NCBI RefSeq assembly: GCF_006345805.1
Contig: NC_043008.1
Coordinates: 58,218,001-58,282,000 of the forward strand
Source of the DNA: Octopus sinensis
Lineage: Eukaryota
Length of the DNA: 64,000 nucleotides
Reading direction: 5' to 3'
Shown here: piece after piece, positions 1 to 11,814 of the stretch
How the letters are laid out: each line of letters starts with the position of its first letter
How positions within the stretch are numbered: position 1 is the stretch's first letter
Notes under the pieces: model-generated
What the model saw: only the letters and a program-made list of their open reading frames with translations
Told to the model about the DNA's origin: nothing
The model's database searches: none
Made by a program: the position numbers and the translations under genes

Positions 1-230
1 TATTGGGGTCACGAACACTGCGTAGAGTTCATTCGGCGTTAGTGATTGTAAGGATAAGGAATGTTTTTGTATGTGTGTCACCATTGTGATGAGTTCGATC
101 GGTTCAATATCAATGAAAAGAGCACAACTTCTGTTGGAATTTTAAATACCAAGATATTGATCTTTTTCCGTTGGAAAACTGTATTAACTCTACCTACAAC
201 TAACAACAGAGAAAAGCTGCTTACACGATG

Positions 231-535
231 TTATTTTATTTTATTTATGCGCCCTTTTCAAGCCTAGCCAGGCTCATGGGCCCGGTTTCCCGGTTACAGT
301 GACGTATGTGTTCCCGCCAGCTGGACGGGACGCCAGTCCATCGCAGCGTTACTCAAGAAACAGGAAGAGAGAATGAGAGAAAGAGTACAACAGGGGTCGC
401 CACCCCACCGCCGGAGCCTCGTGGAGCTTAAGGTGTTTTCGCTCAATAAACACACATAACGTCCGGTCTGGGAATCGAAACCCCAATCCTCCGACCGCTA
501 GTCCACTGCCCTAACCACTGGGTCATTGCGCCTCC
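231..535 (-). mobile_element. tRNA-headed SINE, body A + tail T1
   Basis: Minus strand begins GGAGGCGCAATGACCCAGTGGTTAGG (A box) ... GTTTCGATTCCC (B box). Ends AAACCGGGCCCATGAGCCTGGCTAGGCTTGAAAAGGGCGCAT(AAAAT)n. Probable TSD CACGA(T/A)GTTA at 225-234 and 538-547. Confidence 0.9.
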
Positions 536-889
536 TTCACGAAGTTAGATTATTCAAAATTACTACAAGATTTTGTTGTAACCGTCACTATGAATTTAGC
601 AAGTAGCTGGTTTAGCTGCGTAGTTGTCGTCTTCCATTGCTTTTGATGCCGTTCCTAAGCGTACGCCACAACTACTTTTTAGTGGGAAGAGAATGTCCTG
701 TTTATAGTTATTTATTTCAAACAGAAAACGTTGCCAAAAGATGGAATTGTTAATGAGATCTTGCTTTACTATGTGTCTGAATGGTCAGTTTCTTAATGAT
801 GTCATTAATTATTAAGTGAATCGCGTTCGTGTAGTTTAGTTGATTTTGAATTGAATCCGAGTTCGATTTCTAGGGAGTAAGTTAGTGTT

Positions 890-1010
890 TGCCAAATATT
901 CCAGCTACAGATTTAAATTCGCTGCGTGGGACATTTTGGAAATTGTCTTCTACCATAGCTTCAGGCAGGTTGATAAATGCCTTGTGAGTAGAATTTGGTA
1001 AACTGCAAAT
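890..1010 (+). mobile_element. Degenerate fragment of SINE family B
   Basis: CTGCGTGGGACATTTTGGAAATTGTCTTCTACCATAGC...AATGCCTTGTGAGTAGAATTTGGTA resembles the B body at 5565-5640. Confidence 0.5.
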
Positions 1011-1214
1011 GTGTAACATTGTGTCATATAAACACACACTCAGTGCACGTAAATATATGTTTATATAATATTTATATATATATATGAGTGTGTGCGTACA
1101 CGCGCACACACATACACAAACAGCCTGCACATATCCAGAAGTTGATGAAAGGAGCTATAGAAGGGAAGCAATTCTCATGTTTTGATACTACTTCCGTGTT
1201 TGTGAAATCGTTGT

Positions 1215-1620
1215 ATCTCTGCCGTAAGGCTTCATTTCCACACGCGCCAGCTTAATTCAATTCGTCCTTAGTCGAAAGACACCTGTTGTTATCTCCTGTT
1301 ATTATTTTTATTGTATTTATATTTGTGTAATATTGTCCGTTTTTTCCGTTCTTGTTTTTGTATACATTCGCTGATTTCTTCTAAGGAATCTAATGCTCAT
1401 AGCTTAGTTTTTCGTTGGGGCTGGCCAGATTGGAGCCATCTCAAGAACAATCAGCCGAAATTGCGAGGATAATCTGGTTCTTGACTGAAGGTAGAAAACT
1501 TCGAATGACCCGTCCGTGTTTTCTTTGTATCGTCTATATGATGTTTTATTATCTCTTTTTGTATCACCTAGTTTTCCGGATGTTTTGCGTTCTTGTCCCA
1601 TTTTGTATTTTATATATAAA
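1215..1620 (+). repeat. Unclassified ~400-bp dispersed repeat (family E)
   Basis: Homologous to minus-strand copies at 31795-32090 and 39120-39520 (shared GGGGCTGGCCAGATTGG, CAGCCGAAATTGCGAGG, CTTCGAATGACC, GTTTTGCGTTCTTGTCCCATTTTGTA). Confidence 0.8.
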
Positions 1621-2698
1621 TATATATATATACACACATACATACAAATGCACAGACACACTTACACACATATATATAGTACTAGTGCATTAACCATGTT
1701 TAGTTTCAGTGCTATTACATACTCCGGCATAAAGCTATTAATTTTAATCTAGGCTAGATATTTTGATTCATAGTCAACACATTTGTGAGGAGAAAAGTAG
1801 ATATCAACTGGATAATTTTCCCCTCTGTTGAGATTTCACTAGAGTCTTAGCACCCTCTTTAACTATCTACAGAGAAACATTATTCATCCAATAGTAAGCA
1901 AGAGAAGTAAGTACTGGCGTACAACGCATATACACTATTAAACAAGTCCCTACTAAAATATGATTAATGATACAAACATTAAGAAAACATTAGGCGACAT
2001 CACATGTATTATAATTCCTTACTAAAGTATGGTTAACGACGCAAGTCTTTAGAAAAAAATTGTGGACAACACATGTATACTATAAAATAATTCCTTACTA
2101 AAATGTGAGGAATGATGCAAGCGTTACTCATAACGCAGAGCAGTGCTAAATAATGGCAGAGACAACGAACTAACGTCATAAACTAAACAGACATGTAACT
2201 GATGGTGTATAAATCTAACTGTCAATAATAATCTATTTCTGGAGATAACGTTGCCATAAAACAGACAGAAAAGTCTACACAAATTCGTATTAGTCAACCG
2301 TGAAAGCGGCAGTTATACACGCCAATAACTTTTCATACTCTGATAGTGAGTGTGTGAAAGTCTGAAATATTGACGGTAGATTTAGGGGATTTTACTTTTC
2401 CAAACGAATGGAAAAGGAACTCGAAATTATAGAAAAAAAAAGAAGAAAACGATAAAAAATATTAACAGGCGAAACTAGGACAGTGTTGTGTTTTCAATAC
2501 GTATGATAAAAAAAAAACCGCTTGCATAGACACGAATCGCTATCATTCTCTTCCTCTCCCTCTCTATGTGTCTGCGTATTTCTGTGTGTATGTGTGAGTG
2601 TGTGTGTGGGGGGGTATGTGTGTATATGTGTGATTGTGTGTGAGTGTTGTGTATTCTTTGTGTATATACAATTGTACATTATTATTATTACTACTCTT

Positions 2699-3595
2699 AA
2701 GGTGGCGAGCTGGCAGATTCGTTAGCACGCCGGGAGAAATGCTTAGTGGTATTTCGTCAGCCGTTACGCTCTGAGTTCAAATTCCGCCGAGGTCGACTTT
2801 GCCTTTCATCCTTTCGGGGTCGATTAGATAAGTACCAGTTACGCACTGGGGTCGATATAATCGACTTAATCCTTTTGTCTGTCCTTGTTTGTCCTCTCTG
2901 TGTTTAGCCCCTTGTGGGTGGTAAAGAAATAGGTATTTCATCTGCCGTTACGTTCTGAGTTCAAATTCCGCCGAAGTCGTCTTTGCCTTTCAGCCTTTCG
3001 GGGTCGATTAAATAAGTACCAGTTACGCACTGGGGTCGATCTGATCGACTTAATCCGTTTGTCTGTCCTTGTTTGTCCCTTCTGTGTTTAGCCCCTTGTG
3101 GACAATAAAGAAATAGGTATTTCGCCCGTCGTGGAGGCACATGGCCTTGTGGTTAGAGCAGTTGACTCGCAGTCGAGGGATCGTGGGATCGAATCTCAGA
3201 CCGGGCGATGTGTGTGTTTATGAGCGAAACACCTAAGCTCCACGCGGCTCCGGCAGAAGCTAATGGCGAACTTCTGCTGACTCTTTCGCCACAACTTTCT
3301 CTCACTCTTTTCTCCTGCATCTTGCAGCTCATCTGCGACGGACCGGCGTTCCGTCCAGGTGGGGAACCTATACGCGAAGGAAACCGGAAAACCGACTCTA
3401 TGAGCCAGGCAGGGATTGAGAAGGAACAAACAATCTCGCCTGTCGCTCTGTTCTGAGTTCAAATTCTGCCGAGGTCGACTTTGCCTTTCATTCTTTCGGG
3501 GTCGATAAAATAATTACTAGTTGAAGACTGGGGTGGATGTTATCTCCTCTCCTACAATTGCTGCCCTTGGGGAAAAATTTGAAATTATTATCATT
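2699..3595 (+). mobile_element. SINE family C tandem array (3 units, ~183-bp period), interrupted by a family A SINE
   Basis: Head GGTGGCGAGCTGGCAGATTCGTTAGCACGCCGGG; units restart at GTATTTC at 2750, 2934 and 3117. Shared core GAGTTCAAATTCCGCCGAGGTCGACTTTGCCTTTCATCCTTTCGGGGTCGAT. Last unit carries the older monomer tail. Confidence 0.9.
3132..3432 (+). mobile_element. tRNA-headed SINE, body A variant + T1-like tail
   Basis: GGAGGCACATGGCCTTGTGGTTAGAGC head; homologous to 49472-49775. TSD ATTTCGCCCGTCG (3119-3131) / ATCTCGCCTGTCG (3433-3445). Confidence 0.9.
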
Positions 3596-3616
3596 ATCAG
3601 TCATCTCGCCTAATGC

Positions 3617-3822
3617 GGCGAGGTTTTAGAATCGTTAGCGCGTCGGATAAAATGCTCAGAGTATATCTTCTGGCTCTTTCTTTTCAAATTCAACCGAAAC
3701 TGACTTTGCCTTTTATCTATTTGGGGTCGATGAAATAAGTACACTTAATCAAGGGAGTCGATGTAATCGTTTCAACCCTTCCTCTAAAATTTCAAATCTT
3801 GTGCTAAAATTTGAAATCGTTA
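3617..3822 (+). mobile_element. Old SINE family C monomer
   Basis: Degenerate GCGGCGAG..AGAATCGTTAGCGCG head, GGGGTCGATGAAATAAGTAC core, CTTGTGCTAAAATTTGAAA tail. Confidence 0.75.
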
Positions 3823-4111
3823 TTACTCGTGGCGCCAAAGAATGAGTTTTGGAATTTCAATTCGCCGTCATTTTCACAATAACTTCTGCTGACACACATA
3901 GGTGCAACACACTAATCACCAGGCCATTATAGTCACAACAGAAAAAGCAGAAAGACGAAACAGCGCGCCTGTGAATCAGAGGTTGAAGTTTATCCGTGAA
4001 TGACTGAATGAGAATCAGTCACATAACCTGTGGTTAAATTCTCTATAGATGTCTGTGGGTATATGATGTGTTATAAATTAATCAAACTGTACTGCGTGTA
4101 TTCGCGGCACA

Positions 4112-4325
4112 TACAAGGGGGTGCTGAAATGTTCTTGGCTTTGGGTGAAAGAAAATACAGGAGGATCATTATTTATGATTTTATTGAACATATTTCCATC
4201 TCAGAGTCACACACTTATTGCAACGGTCCTTCAGTTTTTCTAAGCCCTGTAAAAGAACTCTGAAAGTTGGGCCTCCAACCAGGCTTTTGCGAGACCCTTA
4301 ATGCCAGGAAATTTTCAGCAAAGTT
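4112..4325 (-). mobile_element. Mariner-derived MITE / deletion derivative
   Basis: TA + CAAGGGGGTGCTGAAATGTTCTTGGC at left with an inverted partial match (GCCAGGAAATTTTCAGC) at ~4305-4321. Interior on the minus strand encodes a frameshifted mariner-like C-terminus (AWLEAQLSEFF..GLEKLKDRCNKCV). Confidence 0.7.
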
Positions 4326-4444
4326 CTCAAAATATGAATGAAAGGTGTTATCTCTTAGTCCGCTGACTGTGGGCAGCAAGCACTTTGTTAAACAAATGCT
4401 GTGTTAAACAAAATTGCAATGTCAAAATTAACCTTTGTAATATA

Positions 4445-4570
4445 TGCAAAAGGCATGAAATTTTGGGAGAATGAGATAGTCGACTACTTCGATCCCAGTG
4501 ATCAACTGGTACTTATGTTATCAACCACAAAACGAAAATTGAACCTCATCATAGTTTGAACATAAGAAAC
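4445..4570 (-). mobile_element. Degenerate SINE family C fragment
   Basis: TAGTCGACTACTTCGATCCCAGTGATCAACTGGTACTTATGTTATC is the reverse complement of the C core. Confidence 0.6.
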
Positions 4571-5221
4571 AGAAGAAATAAATACAGCAAAGCATTTTGT
4601 CCGACACGCTAACAATTCGGCAACCTCGACAGAATAGTGATAAGCTATATCAAAATAATATAATTACGCCTTCGTTCTTGAGTCATTCTTCTTTAATTTG
4701 GCAAGAACGGAGACAGATACGTATCAATGAAGAAGGCAGAATAACGTTAAAACATGAGAGTAATTTAGATCTGTATTATTGCTCGGAAAAATAAAAGATA
4801 TCTATCATTAAATAATATTAGTTGCTCTTGATGCATATTGATTTTTAAAGAGTGTTTTAATCATCCATGCACTAAATTTATTGATACAGTTTACCATTTG
4901 TCATGTCTACACACACACAAACACACTTACAAACACACAAACACATATTCACACACACAAACACACATACAAACGCACACAGCCAAAACAGAAATATATA
5001 AATATATCTTTGAATGTATTTATATTTATTTGATTGTATTTATATATATGCATACACGCGGCTGCATACAGACATATGCACAAATACATTTACTCATAGA
5101 GCATATACAGACATATATATATACTAACACACACAGCACCCCCATATAAATATGCATATATATGGGTATATATGTTATATATATATGTATATATATATTA
5201 ATATATCTTATATATATATCT

Positions 5222-5296
<75 letters not shown>

Positions 5297-5498
5297 CTTT
5301 AATATAGGATAAATTTTTTCCCTCCAAAATTCAAAGTGGCCAGCATATTAAAATACCTTTAAAGTTGCAAATTATAAACAAGGGCAAAAGAAAAAGATTT
5401 CTATGGAAATATGCAGAGAATAGACTTTAAATCGTCAACCACTACATTACAATATACAACATACATATATACAATATACATATATATACAATATGCAT

Positions 5499-5902
5499 AG
5501 GCGCAGGAGTGGCTGTGTGGTAAGTAGCTTGCTAACCAACCACATGGTTCCGGGTTCAGTCCCACTGCGTGGCATCTTGGGCAAGTGTCTTCTGCTATAG
5601 CCCCGGGCCGACCAATGCCTTGTGAGTGGATTTGGTAGACGGAAACTGAAAGAAGCCTGTCGTATATATGTATATATATATGTATGTGTGTGTGTGTGTG
5701 TTTGTGTTTGTCCCCCTAGCATTGCTTGACCACCGATGCTGGTGTGTTTACGTCCCCGTCACCTAGCGGTTCGGCAAAAGAGCCCGATAGAATAAGTACT
5801 GGGCTTACAAAGAATAAGTTCCGGGGTCGATTTGCTCGACTAAAGGTGGTGCTCCAGCATGGCCGCAGTCAAATGACTGAAACAAGTAAAAGAGTAAAGA
5901 GT
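5499..5902 (+). mobile_element. SINE family B (tRNA-like head, internal (TA)n(TG)n tract)
   Basis: GGCGCAGGAGTGGCTGTGTGGTAAG...GGGTTCAGTCCC head, TTGGGCAAGTGTCTTC, internal microsatellite, tail CAGCATGGCCGCAGTCAAATGACTGAAACAAG(TAAAAGAG)n. More than 10 copies in the window. Confidence 0.9.
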
Positions 5903-6010
5903 ATATGTACAGTATACATACATACACACACAGATATAACATATGTATACACACCCAAAACACACGCGCGCACACACAGATAAAAATATAAACAGTTGTT
6001 TTCCTTATAT

Positions 6011-6062
<52 letters not shown>

Positions 6063-6369
6063 GTGTGTGTCTTTGTGTGGTATACTTGTGTTGTGTATAT
6101 TTGTATACATGCATGTGCGAGGGTATAGGTGTGTATGGATAGAACTATACGTAATTCTCCCGTACTTTCACATTTTACAGCCTTCCCTGTACAATTTTAT
6201 ATAGTTCGGAATACCCCTGTCCAATCTCCAATAAAATTACCACTAATGTGTGTGCGAATATATATGCAGGTATGTATGTGGGTGTACATATGTGTGTGTG
6301 TCTGTATGTGTGTGCGTATGAATATATATATATGTATTTGTATCTGAGTGTGTATGTGTAAGTACATGT

Positions 6370-6400
<31 letters not shown>

Positions 6401-6590
6401 GCCATGATTGACCGCTAAATCCATACACTTGTTTTATTTTCTGTTTATTCCCTCGTGATCCTTTCTGTTGAAGAGCATAGGCTCGAAACGTAAAAGACTT
6501 GTCACCTTCCTGAGCGTCAAACTAATACACTTTCTTGTTGTTTATACACGTCTTCGTCTTTTGTTTTTCTGTAAATTTCAACTATATACA
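6401..6590 (+). mobile_element. ~190-bp element with HHR-like motif (family D)
   Basis: Begins GCCATGATTGACCG and is flanked by TA/CA tracts; homologous to 29030-29232, 36862-37045 and 56787-56968. Confidence 0.75.
6461..6496 (+). ncRNA. Minimal type-I hammerhead-like motif, variant core
   Basis: CTTT-CTGTTGA-A-GAGC(ATAG)GCTC-GAA-ACGT-A-AAAG: stem I 4 bp, stem II 4 bp, palindromic ACGT stem III, GUA triplet. Core is CUGUUGA, not CUGAUGA. Confidence 0.5.
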
Positions 6591-6592
6591 TA

Positions 6593-6670
<78 letters not shown>

Positions 6671-6733
6671 TATATATATATAAAGATGGGACATGTGCGA
6701 TTTTGTCGCATAATTATACGTAATTTTTTAGCG

Positions 6734-6805
6734 TACCCACTGATGAAAACTTCGCCTAGCAAATTATTTTTTTGCTAATTAAAAGTTCGAAACCATGGTC
6801 CGGTA
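6734..6805 (+). ncRNA. Type-I hammerhead ribozyme-like motif
   Basis: TACC-ca-CTGATGA-a-AACTT...(TAGCAAA/TTTGCTA inner hairpin)...AAGTT-c-GAA-ACCATGGT-C-c-GGTA: intact core, palindromic stem III, canonical GUC triplet; stem I imperfect next to the core. Confidence 0.7.
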
Positions 6806-6823
6806 AAAAATATGGTAAATGTT

Positions 6824-6825
<2 letters not shown>

Positions 6826-6856
<31 letters not shown>

Positions 6857-6884
6857 CTTCTTCTTCTTTTTCTTCTTCTTCTTT
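6826..6884. repeat. (TTC)n microsatellite
   Basis: Direct reading. Confidence 0.95.
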
Positions 6885-7499
6885 TAATTTTTCTCATCTT
6901 CCTTCCTCTTCCCCTCTTTCTACTTCTCTTTCGCTTCGTCCATTCTTTTTTCTCCCCTTCTTCCCTTTCTCCTCCTAGACTTATATGCATTCACCCACTT
7001 GATTACCCTACCCCCATAATATCTTCACGGATCCATTCCGCATACACAATTTTAATCTTTCCTTTTGTATTTCGTCCCGGTACTTTCCTAACAACAATGT
7101 CTTATAGACACACAATGTAATAGCATGACTTTGATGCAAGTCTGGAGAAGTGTCTCTCCAAAGTCTAAAACCGCAAATATTACGTAATTTTTTCGTGTAA
7201 ACTGGGGTGGAAAATGGAGATGGTAGGAAACATATGTAATTTATAATTAAAAGATGTGCTAAGGAATTTTCTTTATCTTTTCATTGGTGTATAAACATAT
7301 ATATATATATATATATACAAAATATTTATATATATGCTTATAGAAGCGTATGCATAATATATATATGCATTGACATGCACACAACAAGCATACATACACG
7401 AACATAACCATATGTATATACACTCACGCACGCACAGATGTTTCTTGTAGAATGAAATATTACGAGTTGTTATAGTCTTTAAATTTCCAGTCATTTATA

Positions 7500-7854
7500 T
7501 CGTTGCACACACATACTTTCTCCCTCACACACACACTGTCTCTCACACATACACGCACACACACACACACGCACACACACCACACACACACACACACATA
7601 CACACACACACTCTCTCTCACACACACGCTCACACACAGACATACGTATATATACACTAAAATATTTAGATATCACTTAAAACGTTCTCCGCTAGAAACA
7701 ATTCAGAATATAAAAACAAAAGGCATTTACATACATACATACATATATATATATATGTATATATATATGTATATATATATACATATACATATATATATAT
7801 ATTTATGGGTATATATATTCATGAGTATATGCACACACACATATAGATACATAC

Positions 7855-7907
<53 letters not shown>

Positions 7908-7930
7908 CTTACGTGCATATATAAGTAGAT
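7500..7930. repeat. Compound (CA)n/(TA)n/(TACA)n microsatellite
   Basis: Direct reading. Confidence 0.9.
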
Positions 7931-8379
7931 GCATAGTCACATGCATGTATTTAATACTCTTATCTCTATACATCACAAGCGTGTTGATCAATAATATAAG
8001 ACGCTTTCATTTATTTAATGGAAAAAGAGTTAAAAACCAAAAAAAGAAAAAGAAAAGAAAGGCAAAAAAAAATGAGTAGAAAACATTCAGAAATATCGAA
8101 CAAAGAGAAAAAGAAAAAGTGAAACAAAACAAAACAAAAAAAAAGGAGGCAAAACTGTTTGTCCTTCAGACTTACAGAATAATATAATATTCTTATTGAA
8201 CCTTTCGATAAACATCAGCAGAAAACAAAAATGATATCGAAATGAAAGAAAAAACTACAAATGTAAACGAATAAATAATTAAATAAAAACATCAAGTATG
8301 TATATCATTTTATAAAAGAGAAAAAAGAATTGTATCTCCACCACCCACACACACAAACACAGAGGCACACTTAAATAAT

Positions 8380-8649
8380 ACGTATATATGTGTGTATATA
8401 TATATATATACTATATATATATATAATAATATTATATATATATATAATATATATTATATATATATATATAATATATACACAAGTGAATATATATATAGAG
8501 AGAGAAATATATCAAAATAAATACATTATGTTTGTGTCTATACATACTCAAATATGAACGTCCGTATGCATGTATGCATATATATATATATATATATATA
8601 ATATATATATAAACATGTATATATTATAATATTATATATATATGTATAT

Positions 8650-8724
<75 letters not shown>

Positions 8725-8936
8725 CATCTATATATGCCATATGTATATTTGTATGTATATGTATATATTTGTATATATTTATAAATATATATATATATAT
8801 GTATATATATACATGTATGCATATATATATATGTGTGGTGTAGGTTCTTTTTAGAGCGACTGACAAGTTGAAGATGTCTCATCTGAAGATACCTTGATAA
8901 GTCAGAACACTTCTAGTATCATCAGAGTATATATAT

Positions 8937-8975
<39 letters not shown>

Positions 8976-9111
8976 GATATTATATATATATGCATATGTA
9001 CATATGAAATTCTACGGTGTCTCTGTTTGTCTGATGCATGAGTGTTGCATATGGTGGTTTCAAATACAGTATGATATATGTGTTTGTATATATATATAAT
9101 ATATATTATAT

Positions 9112-9142
<31 letters not shown>

Positions 9143-9198
9143 TATATATGTATATATATACACTAATATGTATGTATGATATTATTATATATGTATAC

Positions 9199-9239
<41 letters not shown>

Positions 9240-9245
9240 CGCACA
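8380..9245. repeat. (TA)n-rich tract with short embedded unique modules
   Basis: Direct reading; non-repetitive islands at ~8835-8930 and ~9000-9075. Confidence 0.85.
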
Positions 9246-9820
9246 CATGCATACATATTCGGTCGCTTTTGTCGATGAGTATCTATTCTTCGATCAACTG
9301 ATGGGGTTACACATTAAATTAAAATGTAGCTCTGCGACAGCTCCGCAATGCCTGTACACATCTGGTCGCTGATAGCGTAATGCGTATAAAAAAGGATATG
9401 CATTCGAGTGGAATGCATTCGACACTGCATACACATGGTGGATCATACACACATGTACATGCAACGCACCCACATACACTAGTTTTAATTGTTAGTTGAA
9501 ACGTATATATATATATATATATATATTATCTATATATATATATATATATTATATATATATATATGTATATATATACATATCTTCCACACATATACTTAAT
9601 AATATCATATACACCCATATATAGGCACACGTACATACACACATACAACCCCCCACCTATATCTGTATGTCAACGCCATCGAAACATTTAAGTATGCTTT
9701 TAATCAGTAAAATACACTGCAAAAATTAATTATAACGCATTGTATGTATTCTCAGCACATAAACTTGATGCATTGAAAGCGTACAATATAAGTAATTCCG
9801 CTCAAATTATAGCTATTTTC

Positions 9821-10100
9821 ACTGATTAAGAGGAGTGTTGTGCCTGTTGCTGTAGAAACCATTTGTGGGAACTACAATTAAGTTCACGATCTGGAGTGAA
9901 ATGATACGAATAAACGTGAAGATAGAGAATCTATGTAAAATAGTGTTGCTTGGAATCGCATGAATATTCCACAAAATTTTCAGAACATGAATGAAGAGTG
10001 TTACCTTAGTCCATTGACCGTGGACAACCGGCACTTTGTTGCGTCTCCCAGTTGAATTGCTGTGTTGAACAAAATTAATGATATTGTAATAATAATAATT
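9821..10100 (+). mobile_element. 3' end of an R4/Dong-type non-LTR retrotransposon with (TAA)n tail
   Basis: Decayed translation VVPVAVETIC...KIENLCKIVLLGIA*IFHKIFRT*, matching the C-terminus of RLE-type LINEs, then a UTR and TAATAATAATAAT. Confidence 0.65.
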
Positions 10101-10124
10101 AAGGAAAGAAAATGAAAATATCAC

Positions 10125-11410
10125 CCCCAAAAAATGAAAATGATCTGGATTCTCTCATCCAAACTTTTGTTGCTTTCAGCAAGGATATTGGAATACAGTT
10201 TGGGGGTAAATAATTGTGCAGTGGAAATTATGAAAAAAAGGGTGGAAGATAGACTCAGATGGTATAAAATGACCACAAGACGACCCTAGATCGCTGCGGA
10301 ATAATGAAGGATATAAAATAACAAGGGTTGCTGCAAGACGATAGGATAATAGAATGAGAAATAAGAGAGAAAGTCTTTAAGGAGTACAAGAGAAGAATTA
10401 GGAAGTTGCTCGCTACATATTGTTACTCATATTGTACAACTCACAACACCCTAAAAGCAGTGCTGACAGACTATACCCATCAAATAAGGGTGGTGGTAGA
10501 GGATTAGAATATGCAGAATACACCGCTAATATTGTGATATTGGGGTTTAAAAATTATGCTGTGCGGAGTGAAGAAAGAATACGATAGGCAACTAGGGAAG
10601 ACCAAAATGGCACTGAAACAGTGAGAGAATTCAAGTACGGATGGGAGAACAATAGAACAAGCAAAATGGAATGAAATAAGATTACATGGCCAATTCATGA
10701 CACAAACTGAGAACGTTGGAAGTAAAGACGGAAAACTAAAATGAGAGACCGAAGTGATGATTATAGCCGGTCATGAACAAGCCATTAGGATGCGTCTGAT
10801 AAAGCAAAGATCAACAAAACTCAGTCAGACAGCAAATGAAAAATCTGCAGAAAAGTAGACGAAAGCATCAATGATCTCTTGAGTGAATCCTATAAGCAGC
10901 ACAAAAAGAATATAAGTACATATATGACTCTGCATAGGTAAAAGAGTGTATTGGGCTTGTAGCCGAGTGTGTGGCTTTGAAATAACAGGAAAGTGCTATG
11001 AGTAGGAATTAGAAGTCGTGACAGAGAATAATTACAGGATCTTATGAGGCTTGCCCCATAAAAACTGACCATACTACATACTATTGAAGCAATAAGGCAA
11101 GATATGATTATAGAGGACAGAAGAAACAAACAGTGCAAGATCATAGACTTTGCAATTCTCTATGATATCAAAGTCAATACAAGTGTGAGATCGTTTGGTG
11201 TTCTCAAGGAGTCATGAAGATTGCTATACTTGTGGGGATCCACATCTGACCATATGTTACTGAGAATCCCACCGGTGTTGGCCACCTGTCGATGTTGCAC
11301 CAAGAAAATTACCTCAAGCTCAGAAATAAGCTTCAGCCTCGAGGTCCTTGATTGTAAAACCTGTATCTTTACATCTAAATATTGGGGAACCTGTTTAATG
11401 CTAGTCATGT
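10125..11410 (+). mobile_element. Decayed R4/Dong-type (RT + CCHC + restriction-like endonuclease) LINE fragment
   Basis: Frameshifted peptides: NENDLDSLIQTFVAFSKDIGIQFG; REKVFKEYKRRIRKLL; HPKSSADRLYPSNKGGGRGL; RLHGQF; ETEVMIIAGHEQAIR; KICRKVDESINDLLSE; IIDFAILYD. Clade assignment is from memory of family motifs. Confidence 0.85.
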
Positions 11411-11587
11411 TTCATACTATACTCTCTCTTTTCTTTAGTTCTTTTAAACAACTCATAGCGTATCATATCTCGCTCATATTCGCATGTCTGTGAGGGGTGA
11501 TTCCAGTTGTTCTTTGGAAGACAAAAATGCTTTCGCGGCCTTTGCAGAATATAGGTAATTAACACTTTTTCTTTTATCTCGATCTAG

Positions 11588-11671
11588 TGGCGAATGGGGT
11601 ACTTTTCATCATAGCTTTGCTTATTTACCTTTTGAGATGGGGGACAAAACAGTGAAAAGATACAGTGGCTG
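11588..11671 (+). CDS. Weak candidate coding exon (84 nt, phase 2-2)
   Basis: Pyrimidine tract + AG at 11586-87 and GTAAAT at 11672. One open frame, GEWGTFHHSFAYLPFEMGDKTVKRYSG; product not recognised. Confidence 0.2.
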
Positions 11672-11814
11672 GTAAATAACATTTACCATACTGAATATAA
11701 CAGAATTCAAATGAATGAATTATTGAAAGCAGTTCATGAGCTCACATCTTAAATATGAGATATTCATCTATCTATTTTCCTGGAAAATAGGTTAGGCATT
11801 TTAAGTATATCTCA

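Noticed and set aside
8883-8932. Minus-strand CTGATGA as an HHR or C/D snoRNA
   Set aside because: No GAAA after the stem; CTGATGATAC simply pairs with GTATCTTCAG, and the box C/D order and spacing are unconvincing.
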